Shown piece after piece: positions 1-10,860 of a DNA stretch of 64,000 nt. This DNA is from Methanothermococcus sp. Ax23 (GTDB lineage: Archaea; AGJL01; Methanococci; Methanococcales; Methanococcaceae). The number at the start of each line of letters is the position of its first letter. Positions within the stretch are counted from its first letter, which is position 1. Location of the stretch: assembly GCF_049075655.1 (NCBI RefSeq), contig NZ_CP157522.1:352001-416000 (forward strand), in the 5' to 3' direction. Position numbers and translations under genes: made by a program. The notes beneath the pieces were generated by a model that was not told the origin of the DNA, did no database searches, and saw only the letters and a list, made by a program, of their open reading frames with translations.

Positions 1-124
1 TGTAATGGGCATGGCTATGGGAGCAAAAGAAGTTGTTAAAGAGATTGAAGGCGTAAAGGATGTAAAGGTAACTGTAAAAGGGCATATGATGGAAGAAGAC
101 ATAAACAAAATCATTAACGGATAA
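1..124 (+). CDS. 3' end of DUF59/MIP18-like metal-sulfur cluster assembly protein (partial)
   Basis: Frame 2 reads VMGMAMGAKEVVKEIEGVKDVKVTVKGHMMEEDINKIING*, resembling the DUF59 C-terminus; the start is outside the window. Confidence 0.6.
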   Translation, partial: VMGMAMGAKEVVKEIEGVKDVKVTVKGHMMEEDINKIING

Positions 125-230
125 ATTTTTTATTTATTTTTTATTTTTCATATATACAATATTTTTTATATAATTATTTTTATTATTTTTATCACTATTT
201 TAGATTATAATTATAAATTTATCTGGTGAA

Positions 231-1481
231 ATGATGTTTAAAAAACCAAAAGGAACAAGGGACTTTACACCTATTGAGATGAAAAAAAGAAGAATTATTG
301 AAGATAAGCTAAGAACTGTATTTGACAGCTACAATTTCAAGGAAATAAACACCCCAACATTTGAGAGCTTCGAGCTTCTATCAAAAAAAACTGGTGAAGA
401 TATAAGAAAGCAGTTGTTTGTTTTCAAAGACCATGGAAACAGAGAGATGGGACTTAGACCGGAGCTCACATCATCAGTTGTAAGATTCTATATAAATGAG
501 CTTAAAAACCTTCCAAAGCCGTTAAAATTATACTACTTTGCAAACTGTTTTAGATACGAGAACCCGCAGGCTGGTAGATACAGAGAATTCTGGCAAATGG
601 GATGTGAATTAATAGGTAGTAAATACCCAATAGCAGATGCAGAGATTATAAATTTGGCAATGGATGGGCTGAATAAAATAAATATGGATTATGAAATACA
701 CATAGGACATTTAGGAGTATTAAAAGGAATATTTAAGGAATTTGAACTTCCAGAGGAAGAAGAATTAAAAATAAGAAGATTGATTGATAAGGAAGATTAC
801 GAAGGTTTGGAAAATTATTTATCCGAACTTAAATCATCCGATGATTTAAAGGACATAATATTTAAAATACTAAATTCAAAAGGAGATAAATCTGTAATAT
901 CTGATTTAAAAGAAGTTTTAAAGGATTATCCAACATCAATTGAAGCATTGAATAATTTAGAGGAAATTCTCGAATTTGTAAAGCACGATAATATTGTAAT
1001 AAATTTCGGTATAGCCAGAGGATTGGATTATTATACTGGGATGGTATTTGAAATCTACGGAAAGAGGGAAGGAGCTCGGCAGGTGTGCGGTGGTGGAAGA
1101 TACGACAATTTAATTGAGTTATTTGGAGAACAACCCACACCAGCAGTTGGTTTTGCCTACGGATTTGACAGAGTTATGCTGAATATCGATGATTTTGAAG
1201 TTGAAGATGAAAGCATACTAATAATACCAATTAAAAAAGATAAAAAACTTTTAAAAGAGTGCTTAAATATTGCAGATGTGCTTAGAGAAAGCGGAAAGAG
1301 TGTAGAAGTTGATTTAATGAACAGAAAATTAAATAAAGCTCTGAATTATGCCAATACCGTTGGAATTAATAAGGTAATTATAGTTGGTGAGAAGGAGCTC
1401 AGCGAAGGTAAGGTTTCATTGAAGAATATGAAAACAGGTGAACAAATATTAATTGATTTGGAGGATTTGAGCAGCATTTAA
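231..1481 (+). CDS. hisS: Histidyl-tRNA synthetase
   Basis: [38 protein letters not shown] and GGGRYD motifs; C-terminal anticodon domain. Confidence 0.97.
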   Translation: MMFKKPKGTRDFTPIEMKKRRIIEDKLRTVFDSYNFKEINTPTFESFELLSKKTGEDIRKQLFVFKDHGNREMGLRPELTSSVVRFYINELKNLPKPLKLYYFANCFRYENPQAGRYREFWQMGCELIGSKYPIADAEIINLAMDGLNKINMDYEIHIGHLGVLKGIFKEFELPEEEELKIRRLIDKEDYEGLENYLSELKSSDDLKDIIFKILNSKGDKSVISDLKEVLKDYPTSIEALNNLEEILEFVKHDNIVINFGIARGLDYYTGMVFEIYGKREGARQVCGGGRYDNLIELFGEQPTPAVGFAYGFDRVMLNIDDFEVEDESILIIPIKKDKKLLKECLNIADVLRESGKSVEVDLMNRKLNKALNYANTVGINKVIIVGEKELSEGKVSLKNMKTGEQILIDLEDLSSI

Positions 1482-1652
1482 TTTTTTAATTATCTTTTTT
1501 AACCTTTACTTTTTAGTTATTACTTGTTTTTAAAATAGTCAAATCATATTATCCCACAATGATTAGAAAAATAGAACGAAGAAGGGACAACTCATTCATT
1601 TAAAATAATTTACTGTAATTTAAATAAGTATCGACGATATTTAGGTGAGCTC

Positions 1653-4600
1653 ATGGTATATTACGATTATCAATTTTTAAAGGAAAGAGGATTTTTTGAA
1701 AATCAGGGGAAATTTAATGAAGATAGGAAGGATATAATCGTAGATACTGATAACTATCTTGCATATATGGAAGTAAATAACAACAATGAAGTAGAAGAAT
1801 TAAAAAAACTTATTTTAAACAAGTATCCAAAAATAGAATTATTATACTTCCATTATCAAACTGACAACAAAATAAAAGTATTTAGAAGAACTGGAGGGAT
1901 TAAATGGTTTTATTACTCTGATACTATATCAAAACTTGAAAGAAAAAAGAGCAAACAAGATAAACTTAAAAAATTTTCACCAGATGATGTAGATACATTA
2001 TTTGATATTAAAGATGTAATGGATAAATTTTATAAGGACCTATGGGCTCACAGGTTAGAAATGGCTAAAAGCATAACTGAATCACTCACTGACAATGATA
2101 AATTATTCATTGCTCAACATTTTATTGACAGGCTAGTATTCTTTTACTTTTTAGCACAATTAGGAGTTATTGAAGTTAATATTGATAATAACGGAAGAAC
2201 CTACAATTACAAACTAAACAAAACTGGAACAAAAGACTTTTTTAACTTATTACTCAGCAGTTTTGAAGATGATAAATTACACCAGCTATTAAATAAAATA
2301 TTCTTTGAAGGATTGGGAAATAATGAGAATGCAGTTGATGGTTTTGTTGAGCTCACAATTCCAATGAATAATATGAATATTATAATTAAAGCCCCATACT
2401 TAAACGGTGGATTATACCGGGTAAAAAAATTTAACGGCATTGATGAGACCAATATAAAATTTGATGGAATTAAAAACTTAATAGAAACACTAAACCAGTA
2501 TGATTGGGTAATTGGTGAGTATGCAGAAGAGGATGACGATTCCGTAGGCAGTTTAACGCCAGAAGTAATGGGGTATGTTTATGAAAAATTTGTTGTTGGT
2601 TTAGAGAATATTGGGGAAATAAAATTAGATGAAATAGAGGTTGGTAAAGAAGTTAAAATCGGTAGGAAAAAAGTTGGTGCATTCTATACTCCAGAAGAAA
2701 TAACCAAATACATTTCAGAGAATACTATTACACCATACTTATTTGATAGGTTGAAAGTCAGCGAAAAGTATGATGATTTTAACGAGTTTGTAGATAACGG
2801 AACACCTGAGCTCCTAAAAAAATCATTGGAAGTTTTGAATGATATTAAGATTTTAGACCCTGCATGTGGTAGTGGGCATTTTTTAGTATGTGCAGGGGAG
2901 CTCCTATTTAATATGAAGAATACTATTTGTGAAAAGTTAGAAAAAAAGGATGATTCATTTAATAGAAAGCATAATGCCTATATTGAGATTAAAAATATTA
3001 TAGTGGATAATTTGTATGGGGTGGATATTTGTGATAGTGCTGTTGAGATTACTAAATTAAGATTATGGTTATGGTTGATAAGCCAGTTAAATGATAGTTC
3101 CTCTAAATTAGAACCATTGCCTAATTTGGAGTATAATATCAAATGTGGGAATAGTCTTATTGGCTGGGTTGATGAGGAATTAGCACAGATTTCATTAAAC
3201 AACCCTTACAATGATGAAGTAAAGGGTATTTTAAAAGGTTTAAGAGTAGCATTTAAAGGAAAAGATAGGGAAGATATTGATAACGCCAAAGATTTTTTTA
3301 ATAGTCATGATTTAAATAAATATATTGACTGCTATTGCCTATTATATAAACTTTATAGGAAATCTCACGGTGAGGAAGCTAACTATTTAAAAAAAATACT
3401 AGAAACAATAAGAGTTTCAATGTATAATAGCATAACTTCTGCATTTTTAGATTATATAAATATGAAAATAAAGCCCAAATACAGCAAAAATAAACCGCCA
3501 ATTGCAAAAGAAGAGTTTGATAAACTTCAAGTGTTCCATTGGAAAGTTGATTTTGGTTGGATTATTAAAAACGGAGGATTTGATATTGTAATTGGTAATC
3601 CACCTTATGGTAATATATTAAAAGGTATTGAAAAAAAGATTCTGGAAGAAGGAAAAATATTGGATGTAATTAAAACTGATAAAAAAGGAAAGGGGACGAA
3701 GAATGCTGCTGCAATATTTATCGAAAGGTCAAAAAGTCTTTTAAATAGTAGCGGCTATTTTGGTTTTATTGTCCCAAAAGCAATTTTATATGTTTCTGAA
3801 TGGGAAAAGACTAGAAAATTTCTATTGGAAAAAGTTAATATTAAAAGGGTTGTGGATAATGGTAAGGCGTTCAAAGATGTTAAATTAGAAATGGCTACTA
3901 TAATTTTTAAAAATAATAGTGGCTATAAAAATACCAATAATGTTGTTGTTCATAGTTTATATCTTGATAATTATTCCAAATATTCCACTAATCCATACTC
4001 CATTAATATAAAATATCTCACGAGCAAAAGATTTATTACTGAAATGGATGAGGAAAAAGAAAAAATAATATCTATCATTTTAAAAGATTCTGTATTGTTA
4101 GGAGATATTTCGGAAAATTATAAGGGATTGTCAGTAAATAATAAAGTTTCCAGTGAAAAAACTGAAAATTCGGTTGAGATATTGAGGGGAAATGATATAC
4201 AGAGGTGTTATTTGCGTTCAAAATCATATATTGACAAAAAATATTTAGAAAATATTAATTTTAAAGGTTCAAACCTACAATTTCAAGAAATACTTGCCCA
4301 TATTCAAAATCCAAAACCTCATATAAAAATAACCGGAGTTTATTTAGAGGAACCGTTATTAAATTTAAATACAATTACAAATATCAAATTAACATCTGAT
4401 GAAATTAACGATAAATACTTATTATTACTTCTTCATTCAGAATTAATTAATTGGTATGTGTATAAATATATATACATTAATTCAATAAGAACCATGCACT
4501 TTTCTGGGTCATATATAGAGGATATTCCAATTAAGTTATCAGATAACCAAGATATGTTTGTTAAATTGTGCAATTGCCTTATACTATTAAATCAGACAGA

Positions 4601-4862
4601 ATATAGATATAAATATAATGAAATAATAACATATATTGAAAATATAGCAAACCTCTTAATATATGAGCTCTACTTGGGGGAGGAGGTTATTGGTCATGAA
4701 TTAACTAAATTATTAAGTGGGAAGATATTAAAACTAAAACTTGAGGATATATCATCGATTGAAAAATTTATTTTGGAGTTAAAAGATAATCAAGATATTC
4801 AAAGAATAATAAATGATATAAAAAACAATAATTATGTTAAAATCATAAGGGGGTTATTGTAA
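1653..4862 (+). CDS. Large N6-adenine DNA methyltransferase (Eco57I/type IIG-like, gamma class) with C-terminal target-recognition region
   Basis: GAFYTPEEI, motif I ILDPACGSGHFL, motif IV IGNPPY, FGFIVP, TaqI-C-like tail (LLHSELINWY). Confidence 0.88.
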   Translation: MVYYDYQFLKERGFFENQGKFNEDRKDIIVDTDNYLAYMEVNNNNEVEELKKLILNKYPKIELLYFHYQTDNKIKVFRRTGGIKWFYYSDTISKLERKKSKQDKLKKFSPDDVDTLFDIKDVMDKFYKDLWAHRLEMAKSITESLTDNDKLFIAQHFIDRLVFFYFLAQLGVIEVNIDNNGRTYNYKLNKTGTKDFFNLLLSSFEDDKLHQLLNKIFFEGLGNNENAVDGFVELTIPMNNMNIIIKAPYLNGGLYRVKKFNGIDETNIKFDGIKNLIETLNQYDWVIGEYAEEDDDSVGSLTPEVMGYVYEKFVVGLENIGEIKLDEIEVGKEVKIGRKKVGAFYTPEEITKYISENTITPYLFDRLKVSEKYDDFNEFVDNGTPELLKKSLEVLNDIKILDPACGSGHFLVCAGELLFNMKNTICEKLEKKDDSFNRKHNAYIEIKNIIVDNLYGVDICDSAVEITKLRLWLWLISQLNDSSSKLEPLPNLEYNIKCGNSLIGWVDEELAQISLNNPYNDEVKGILKGLRVAFKGKDREDIDNAKDFFNSHDLNKYIDCYCLLYKLYRKSHGEEANYLKKILETIRVSMYNSITSAFLDYINMKIKPKYSKNKPPIAKEEFDKLQVFHWKVDFGWIIKNGGFDIVIGNPPYGNILKGIEKKILEEGKILDVIKTDKKGKGTKNAAAIFIERSKSLLNSSGYFGFIVPKAILYVSEWEKTRKFLLEKVNIKRVVDNGKAFKDVKLEMATIIFKNNSGYKNTNNVVVHSLYLDNYSKYSTNPYSINIKYLTSKRFITEMDEEKEKIISIILKDSVLLGDISENYKGLSVNNKVSSEKTENSVEILRGNDIQRCYLRSKSYIDKKYLENINFKGSNLQFQEILAHIQNPKPHIKITGVYLEEPLLNLNTITNIKLTSDEINDKYLLLLLHSELINWYVYKYIYINSIRTMHFSGSYIEDIPIKLSDNQDMFVKLCNCLILLNQTEYRYKYNEIITYIENIANLLIYELYLGEEVIGHELTKLLSGKILKLKLEDISSIEKFILELKDNQDIQRIINDIKNNNYVKIIRGLL

Positions 4863-5512
4863 TGACTCAAAGTAGATTTGAACACGGATCTGAAAATAAT
4901 GAAATGGAGTTATTTAAATTGTCCTTGGAATATTTGGAGGGATGCAAAGATTTTAAAGGAATTAAAAATCTAATTGAGAAATACGATAAAATTAAAACCA
5001 ATAAGGAGGATATGCAACATCCTAATAAAGATATACTCGTAAAATTTAAGGATACAACGAAACCTATTATTATGGAACTTCAACAATCCTCCATAGATGA
5101 TTTTAGAAAGTATGGGGATATAAGACTCGATTATGTCTCAGCATATATTCCATATATTAAAATTTGGGGAGGTTTAAAAAATTTCAATAAGAAAATAAAC
5201 AATAAAGAAATAACTATTAATAAATGGGGAAAATTAAAAGAATGTGATGCAGATATTTTAATTTATGTTATTTGTGAGTACGAGAATAATACCAAGACAT
5301 ATAAAAATGTTGATAAAATTTTGATATTGGATATAGAAGAATTACAAAACCATTTGAATTATTGGGAGAATACCTATGGATATAATCTAAAAACAAATAA
5401 TAAAAAGGATGAATACTGGGGTTCAGCGTTTATCCCCATACCTGAGAATGATGAAGTTTTACAACAATGCAAAATCAGGTCATTACAGGATTTAAAAACA
5501 AAGTTTTTATAA
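4862..5512 (+). CDS. Hypothetical protein, putative PD-(D/E)xK-type restriction endonuclease
   Basis: Translationally coupled to the MTase (TAATG overlap); D...ExQ spacing in KDILVKFKDTTKPIIMELQQS and a downstream DADILIYV strand. Confidence 0.5.
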   Translation: MTQSRFEHGSENNEMELFKLSLEYLEGCKDFKGIKNLIEKYDKIKTNKEDMQHPNKDILVKFKDTTKPIIMELQQSSIDDFRKYGDIRLDYVSAYIPYIKIWGGLKNFNKKINNKEITINKWGKLKECDADILIYVICEYENNTKTYKNVDKILILDIEELQNHLNYWENTYGYNLKTNNKKDEYWGSAFIPIPENDEVLQQCKIRSLQDLKTKFL

Positions 5513-5583
5513 ATCCGCAACTTTTGTTGCAGGCTATGAAAATCCTTCGGATTTTCATTTAATTAGTCGTTGGGCTAGGTCAA
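5513..5583 (+). repeat. Short hairpin mosaic ending in an IS200/IS605 right-end-like sequence
   Basis: Hairpins GCAAC-TTTT-GTTGC and ATGAAAATCC-TTC-GGATTTTCAT, then AATTAGTCGTTGGGCTAGGTCAA, homologous to 13241-13289. Confidence 0.65.
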
Positions 5584-5584
5584 A

Positions 5585-6934
5585 TTATCCATTCAACCCT
5601 TCAATAATCCTTTTTATCTCTTCGATTTTTTCGTTCATAAGCTCCTCAGTATCAGCCTCCAAATTCAATCTTAAAAGCGGTTCTGTGTTTGAAGGTCGGA
5701 CATTAAACCACCAATTGTCGCAGTATATAGATATTCCATCGATTTCTTCAATTTTGCATTTACTGTATCTATTTTTTAGCTCATCCATTATCAATTTTTG
5801 GTCTTTTACCTTAAAGTTTATCTCTCCGCTGTGGAAGTATTTTTTATACTCCTTCGATAATTCAGAAAGTGGCTTTCCCATATCCTTTATAGCACATAAT
5901 ATGTAATTTAAAGCAAGCAGTGGGCTTTCAAAATATCCAACTTCTTTAAAGTAAAAGTGATTTGAGAGCTCACCTGCAAATTCTGCATCTACTTCGTGCA
6001 TAAGTTTTTTTATAAAATAATGCCCAACTCGTGTTTTTATCGGAGCTCCGCCATATTTTTCAATCATTTCAGGAACAATCTTACTACATCTTAAATCATA
6101 AACTATTTTTATTTCCTTTTCATTTCCATTCTTAGTTTCCTTTTTCTCCTTCAATATCTCTATGGCTATTAAGACCGTTAATATATCCCCCTGCAAGACA
6201 TTGCCTTTTTCATCAATTATTCCAATTCTATCTCCGTCTCCATCAAATATTACTCCAATATCGCAATTTTCATTTTTAACGGCATTTATTATATCCACTA
6301 AGCAGGATTTTTTCAATGTGTCAGGCTGATGTGCAGGAAATGTTCCATCTGGGTAGTCGTTTATAAATACATGATTAGGTGCTAAATTCTTCAATATCTC
6401 CTTTTCTGCAATAGCTGTGCTTCCATTTGCAAAATCAACTGCTATTTTTATATCGCAGGATACACACCTGTTTAAAAAGAATTTTTTATAATCTGTGATT
6501 ATATCCACCTTTAATTTATCCAAATCGATTTCTTCAATTTCCTTTTTCTGAGCTTCATTTAGTTCATGTTCTTCAAAAATTGGTTTTATTTCATCTATTG
6601 GAGATATTGGAATAGCTTTTTTATCACACATTTTAAATCCAGTATATTCCGGCGGATTGTGGGATGCCGTTAAAATTACCCCCAAATCATAATTATCCTT
6701 TGTTCCAAAATACATCAATGGTGTGGATATTGTTCCAGCATAGGATACTTTTGCACCTGATTCAAGTAGTCCATATATAAATGGCTTGGTGAGCTCCTTT
6801 GAACCTATCCTTACGTCGTTTCCAACCAGTATATTTTTATACTTTTTTCCAAGGGATTTTCCAAGAGAATATGCAAAATTTTCGTCAATTTGTTCTTTAA
6901 AAACGCCCCTAATATCATAAGCTTTAAATACCAC
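5585..6934 (-). CDS. Phosphomannomutase/phosphoglucomutase
   Basis: FKAYDIRG, TASHNP phosphoserine motif, FDGDGDR metal loop, GELSNH, VRPSNTEP. Confidence 0.95.
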   Translation of the reverse strand: MVFKAYDIRGVFKEQIDENFAYSLGKSLGKKYKNILVGNDVRIGSKELTKPFIYGLLESGAKVSYAGTISTPLMYFGTKDNYDLGVILTASHNPPEYTGFKMCDKKAIPISPIDEIKPIFEEHELNEAQKKEIEEIDLDKLKVDIITDYKKFFLNRCVSCDIKIAVDFANGSTAIAEKEILKNLAPNHVFINDYPDGTFPAHQPDTLKKSCLVDIINAVKNENCDIGVIFDGDGDRIGIIDEKGNVLQGDILTVLIAIEILKEKKETKNGNEKEIKIVYDLRCSKIVPEMIEKYGGAPIKTRVGHYFIKKLMHEVDAEFAGELSNHFYFKEVGYFESPLLALNYILCAIKDMGKPLSELSKEYKKYFHSGEINFKVKDQKLIMDELKNRYSKCKIEEIDGISIYCDNWWFNVRPSNTEPLLRLNLEADTEELMNEKIEEIKRIIEGLNG

Positions 6935-7161
6935 ATTATCACCACTTGGTAAGAATTATAAGATTTATATTTTTTATTCCCAATTAATTATTGTTAATAT
7001 GTTATTTTAATATATTATTTCTTTTTATTTTTATATGTCTTTATTTATCTTAATTATCTCTTAACTATCTTAGTTAATTGGAATATATCGTGAATAATAG
7101 AAATCTTTAAATAATTTATAATCAAATTAATTAAAGGTTAATTTTTATGGAGGTCTAAGCG

Positions 7162-8172
7162 ATGACATGCACCATAGTAGTAGGTGGCCAGTGGGGCGAC
7201 GAAGGAAAAGGTAAAATTATTAGTTATTTATGCGATAAAGACAATCCCTCAATAGTTGCAAGAGGGGGCGTAGGTCCTAATGCAGGGCATACTGTTGAAG
7301 TTGATGGTGAAAAGTACGGTATAAGAATGATTCCAACAGGATTTCCAAACAAGAGCTCCAAACTTGCAATCGGTGCAGGAGTGTTGGTTGACCCTGAGGT
7401 ACTTTTGAAAGAGATTGAAATGCTCGATAAGTTTAATATAAAGGATAGATTGATTGTTGATAAAAATTGTGGAATAATCGAGGAAAAACATAAGGAAATG
7501 GACAAATCAAACAGCCATTTATCAAAGGAAATCGGCTCCACTGGAACAGGATGCGGTCCAGCAAATGTTGATAGGGCAATGAGAACATTAAAACTTGCTA
7601 AGGATATTGATGCTTTAAAACCATTTTTAGGCGATGTATCAGATGCAGTAAATGATGCACTTGACAATGACGAGAATGTTTTGATTGAAGGAACACAGGG
7701 AACACTTTTATCTTTATACTATGGAAGCTACCCTTATGTTACCTCAAAAGACACAACTGCATCATCCTTTGCTGCTGATGTTGGTGTCGGACCTACAAAG
7801 ATTGATGAAGTTGTAGTTGTTTTTAAATCATACCCTACAAGAGTTGGAGAAGGTCCATTCCCTACTGAGATGTCATTTGAAGAATCTGAAAAATTAGGAC
7901 TTGTGGAGTATGGAACAGTTACAGGTAGGAGAAGAAGAATAGGGTTCTTTGACTATGAGCTCGCAAAAAGAGTATGTAGATTAAACGGTGCTACTCAGAT
8001 AGCATTAACCTGTTTGGATAAATACGACGAAGAATGCTACGGAATCACCAACTACGATGATTTAACTGAAAAAGGAAAGGCATTTATAAAAGAAATCGAA
8101 GAAAAAGTAGGAGTTCCTGTTACTCTTATATCCACAGGACCTGAGCTCCACCAGACAATAGATTTAAGATAA
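7162..8172 (+). CDS. purA: Adenylosuccinate synthetase (archaeal short form)
   Basis: [35 protein letters not shown]. Confidence 0.97.
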   Translation: MTCTIVVGGQWGDEGKGKIISYLCDKDNPSIVARGGVGPNAGHTVEVDGEKYGIRMIPTGFPNKSSKLAIGAGVLVDPEVLLKEIEMLDKFNIKDRLIVDKNCGIIEEKHKEMDKSNSHLSKEIGSTGTGCGPANVDRAMRTLKLAKDIDALKPFLGDVSDAVNDALDNDENVLIEGTQGTLLSLYYGSYPYVTSKDTTASSFAADVGVGPTKIDEVVVVFKSYPTRVGEGPFPTEMSFEESEKLGLVEYGTVTGRRRRIGFFDYELAKRVCRLNGATQIALTCLDKYDEECYGITNYDDLTEKGKAFIKEIEEKVGVPVTLISTGPELHQTIDLR

Positions 8173-8323
8173 ATACATCCATATGCAGTAATACATTTAC
8201 TTTATTTTTTATATTATTTAGTTTTGCATTATTTTTTTACTGTTAATATTGATTAATTTTTTATAGATTATTTTTTATATATGGATTAGTTTAGTTTTTA
8301 ATAAAATATTATAAAGGGATATT

Positions 8324-9271
8324 ATGAATTTTAAAACCATAACGGATAAAATAATCGTGATTGATAAAAATTATGAGATGCCCTTTTCCAAAGGTCTTCT
8401 TGCAAGGTCACTAACAGCTGCGGGAATGAAGCCAAGTGAGGCATATATGGTGGCAAAGGAAATTGAAAAAACATTGGAAGATGAGGGGCTTGACACCATT
8501 ACAAAGGATGACCTTAGAAAAAGAGTATATTACTACTTGCTAGTTAAAAATTATGAGCATATCGCTGAGAAATATCTTCTATGGAGACGAATTTTGAAAA
8601 AACACCCAATTGTTATATTAATTGGGGGGGCAAGTGGTGTTGGAACATCGACGATAGCTTTTGAACTGGCTTCACGATTGGGTATCCCTAGCGTTATGGG
8701 GACTGATTCAATTAGGGAGGTAATGAGGAGAAGCATATCAAAAGATTTAGTTCCAATGCTTTACGAATCTTCATATACCGCATGGAAGGCTCTAAGAATT
8801 CCAAGTATGGATGATAAAGAAACCTGCGATAAACATATATTGGGATTCGAAAGGCATATAGAACCTGTATTAATTGGAATTGAAAGTTTAATTGATAGAA
8901 GCTTAACTGAGGGATTGAGCATTATCATAGAGGGAACACACATAGTCCCCGGATTTATGAAGGAGAAATATACATCAATGCCAAATATCATTACCATTAT
9001 ATTAACACTGAGCTCTGAAAAAATGCATAAAAAGAGATTTTCAGCAAGGGCAAAGGTTAGTGCAAGACCTATGGAGAGATATTTAAAAAACTTTAAAATA
9101 ATAAGAAAGATAAACCAATATATTGTTGAACGGGCGGAAGAAAATGATGTTCCAGTAATTGAGAATGTTTCCATAAGCCAGAGTGTAGAGAAATGTTTGG
9201 AAATTATAACTGAGAGATTTAATTATTTGGATAAAACCGAAAACGAAGATAATGACGAGGATATTTATTAA
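8324..9271 (+). CDS. pgk2: 2-phosphoglycerate kinase (ATP-cone plus kinase domain)
   Basis: [14 protein letters not shown]-cone, [10 protein letters not shown]-loop, [19 protein letters not shown]. Confidence 0.88.
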   Translation: MNFKTITDKIIVIDKNYEMPFSKGLLARSLTAAGMKPSEAYMVAKEIEKTLEDEGLDTITKDDLRKRVYYYLLVKNYEHIAEKYLLWRRILKKHPIVILIGGASGVGTSTIAFELASRLGIPSVMGTDSIREVMRRSISKDLVPMLYESSYTAWKALRIPSMDDKETCDKHILGFERHIEPVLIGIESLIDRSLTEGLSIIIEGTHIVPGFMKEKYTSMPNIITIILTLSSEKMHKKRFSARAKVSARPMERYLKNFKIIRKINQYIVERAEENDVPVIENVSISQSVEKCLEIITERFNYLDKTENEDNDEDIY

Positions 9272-9406
9272 AATAAGGTATAAATAAATTTATAATTAAA
9301 ATCCTGATAAATCACGGTAAATTGTGATTAAACTTATAATAATTTATAACCTTGGAAAATAAACTTAAAAAGGTTATCTATTAGCTTTGGCATTATTTGG
9401 GATAGT

Positions 9407-10843
9407 ATGGAAGTATTTAAAAAAAAGGACATTTTGGGTATTCTCCATGAGCTCGGTATATTAATATCATCTATTGGGCTCATTATGATGATGCCGGTGT
9501 TTGTTGGATTGTATTTCAACGAACCTATTTATTATTTTTTTTATCCCAGTTTAATATTTACTTTACTGGGAATTTTAATAAATAAATTTACAAAACCGAT
9601 ATCTATTAAATTAAAACATGCTATGGTTGTATCTGCGCTAGCATGGTTATTTGCATCATTAATTGGAGCAATTCCTTTTTATTTAGGAATAACCCATTTT
9701 GGATATATAGATGGCGTTTTTGAAAGCATGTCCGCATGGACTACAACGGGATTTACGCTGATAAATGATGTGGAAGCCCTTCCCCACACACTGCAATTTT
9801 GGAGGAGTTTGGAGCAATGGGTTGGGGGAATAGGGGTTCTTGTAATGGTAATTACCATTCTATCAAAAACAGGAGCTTCGGCATATTATCGAGCTGAGGC
9901 TAGAGAGGAAAAGATACTTCCAAGCACATCAAGCACAGTTAAAAAAATCTGGCAGATTTATTTATTATATACCTCCATAGGAATAAGTCTCCTTTATTTA
10001 AGCGGATTATCACTTTGGGAGGCAGTGAATATCTGTATGTGCGGCATATCAACTGGTGGAATGAGTATAAGCAATTCAAGTTTTCCATATAATGATTTTG
10101 CAAAGATTGTAATGATATTAATTATGACAATTGGAGGTATTGTTTCATTTGCAGTTCATCACAAAATTTTAACTGGAAGATGGATAGATGATATTCAAAC
10201 TAAGGTGGCAATCCCAATTATTATTGTAGCCTCTTTTATTCTTGTGGCATCATCCAATATTAATCCAATTGATGCAATTTTTACAGTAGTTTCTGCTATG
10301 ACAAGCACTGGATACTCCACAGTTAATATTCCAAATTTAAGCAACCTATCTCTTGCTATTTTAATAATTATTATGATGATTGGAGGTTCCACAGGAACAA
10401 CAACGGGAGGTATAAAACTTATAAGATTCGTGATAATGGTAAAAAGTTTTTACTATAAACTAAAAGAAGCTGTGTATCCCCACAATGCAGTTATATATAA
10501 AAAACTTGGAAATAATCCACTAACACCAAATCTTATTGTGGATGCCTATATTGTGGGTTTTATTTATGTATTGCACTATGTGCTTGGAACACTTTTTCTT
10601 ATATCTCTTGGATACGACCCCTTCAAATCAATCTTTGAATCGGTTTCACTTGTGGCAAATATGGGTCTTTCTGTGAATATAGTAAATCATGATTTAAATC
10701 CAATTGGAAAACTATTTGGCATATTTTCCATGTGGGTTGGAAGATTGGAGATAATCCCAGTATATGTTCTTATAATATTGCCGATGATACTAAAAATAAA
10801 AGACTCAAAAAAAGTAATATCTAAAAAAGATATTGTCAAATAA
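9407..10843 (+). CDS. trkH: TrkH-family potassium uptake protein
   Basis: Multi-TM protein; FESMSAWTTTG, QWVGGIG, GGSTGTTTGGIK, MWVGRLEI. Confidence 0.93.
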   Translation: MEVFKKKDILGILHELGILISSIGLIMMMPVFVGLYFNEPIYYFFYPSLIFTLLGILINKFTKPISIKLKHAMVVSALAWLFASLIGAIPFYLGITHFGYIDGVFESMSAWTTTGFTLINDVEALPHTLQFWRSLEQWVGGIGVLVMVITILSKTGASAYYRAEAREEKILPSTSSTVKKIWQIYLLYTSIGISLLYLSGLSLWEAVNICMCGISTGGMSISNSSFPYNDFAKIVMILIMTIGGIVSFAVHHKILTGRWIDDIQTKVAIPIIIVASFILVASSNINPIDAIFTVVSAMTSTGYSTVNIPNLSNLSLAILIIIMMIGGSTGTTTGGIKLIRFVIMVKSFYYKLKEAVYPHNAVIYKKLGNNPLTPNLIVDAYIVGFIYVLHYVLGTLFLISLGYDPFKSIFESVSLVANMGLSVNIVNHDLNPIGKLFGIFSMWVGRLEIIPVYVLIILPMILKIKDSKKVISKKDIVK

Positions 10844-10860
10844 TTATCAAATGCTGAAAT

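Noticed and set aside
1653-4862. This MTase as the cause of GAGCTC enrichment
   Set aside because: Specificity cannot be read from sequence, and an accessory RM system would be expected to deplete rather than enrich its site.
6110-6150. Palindrome insertion in PMM (KEKKETKNGNEKE), and similar charged tails in Mvk, NusA and RpoA''
   Set aside because: Low-complexity A-rich sequence without stems or copies elsewhere.
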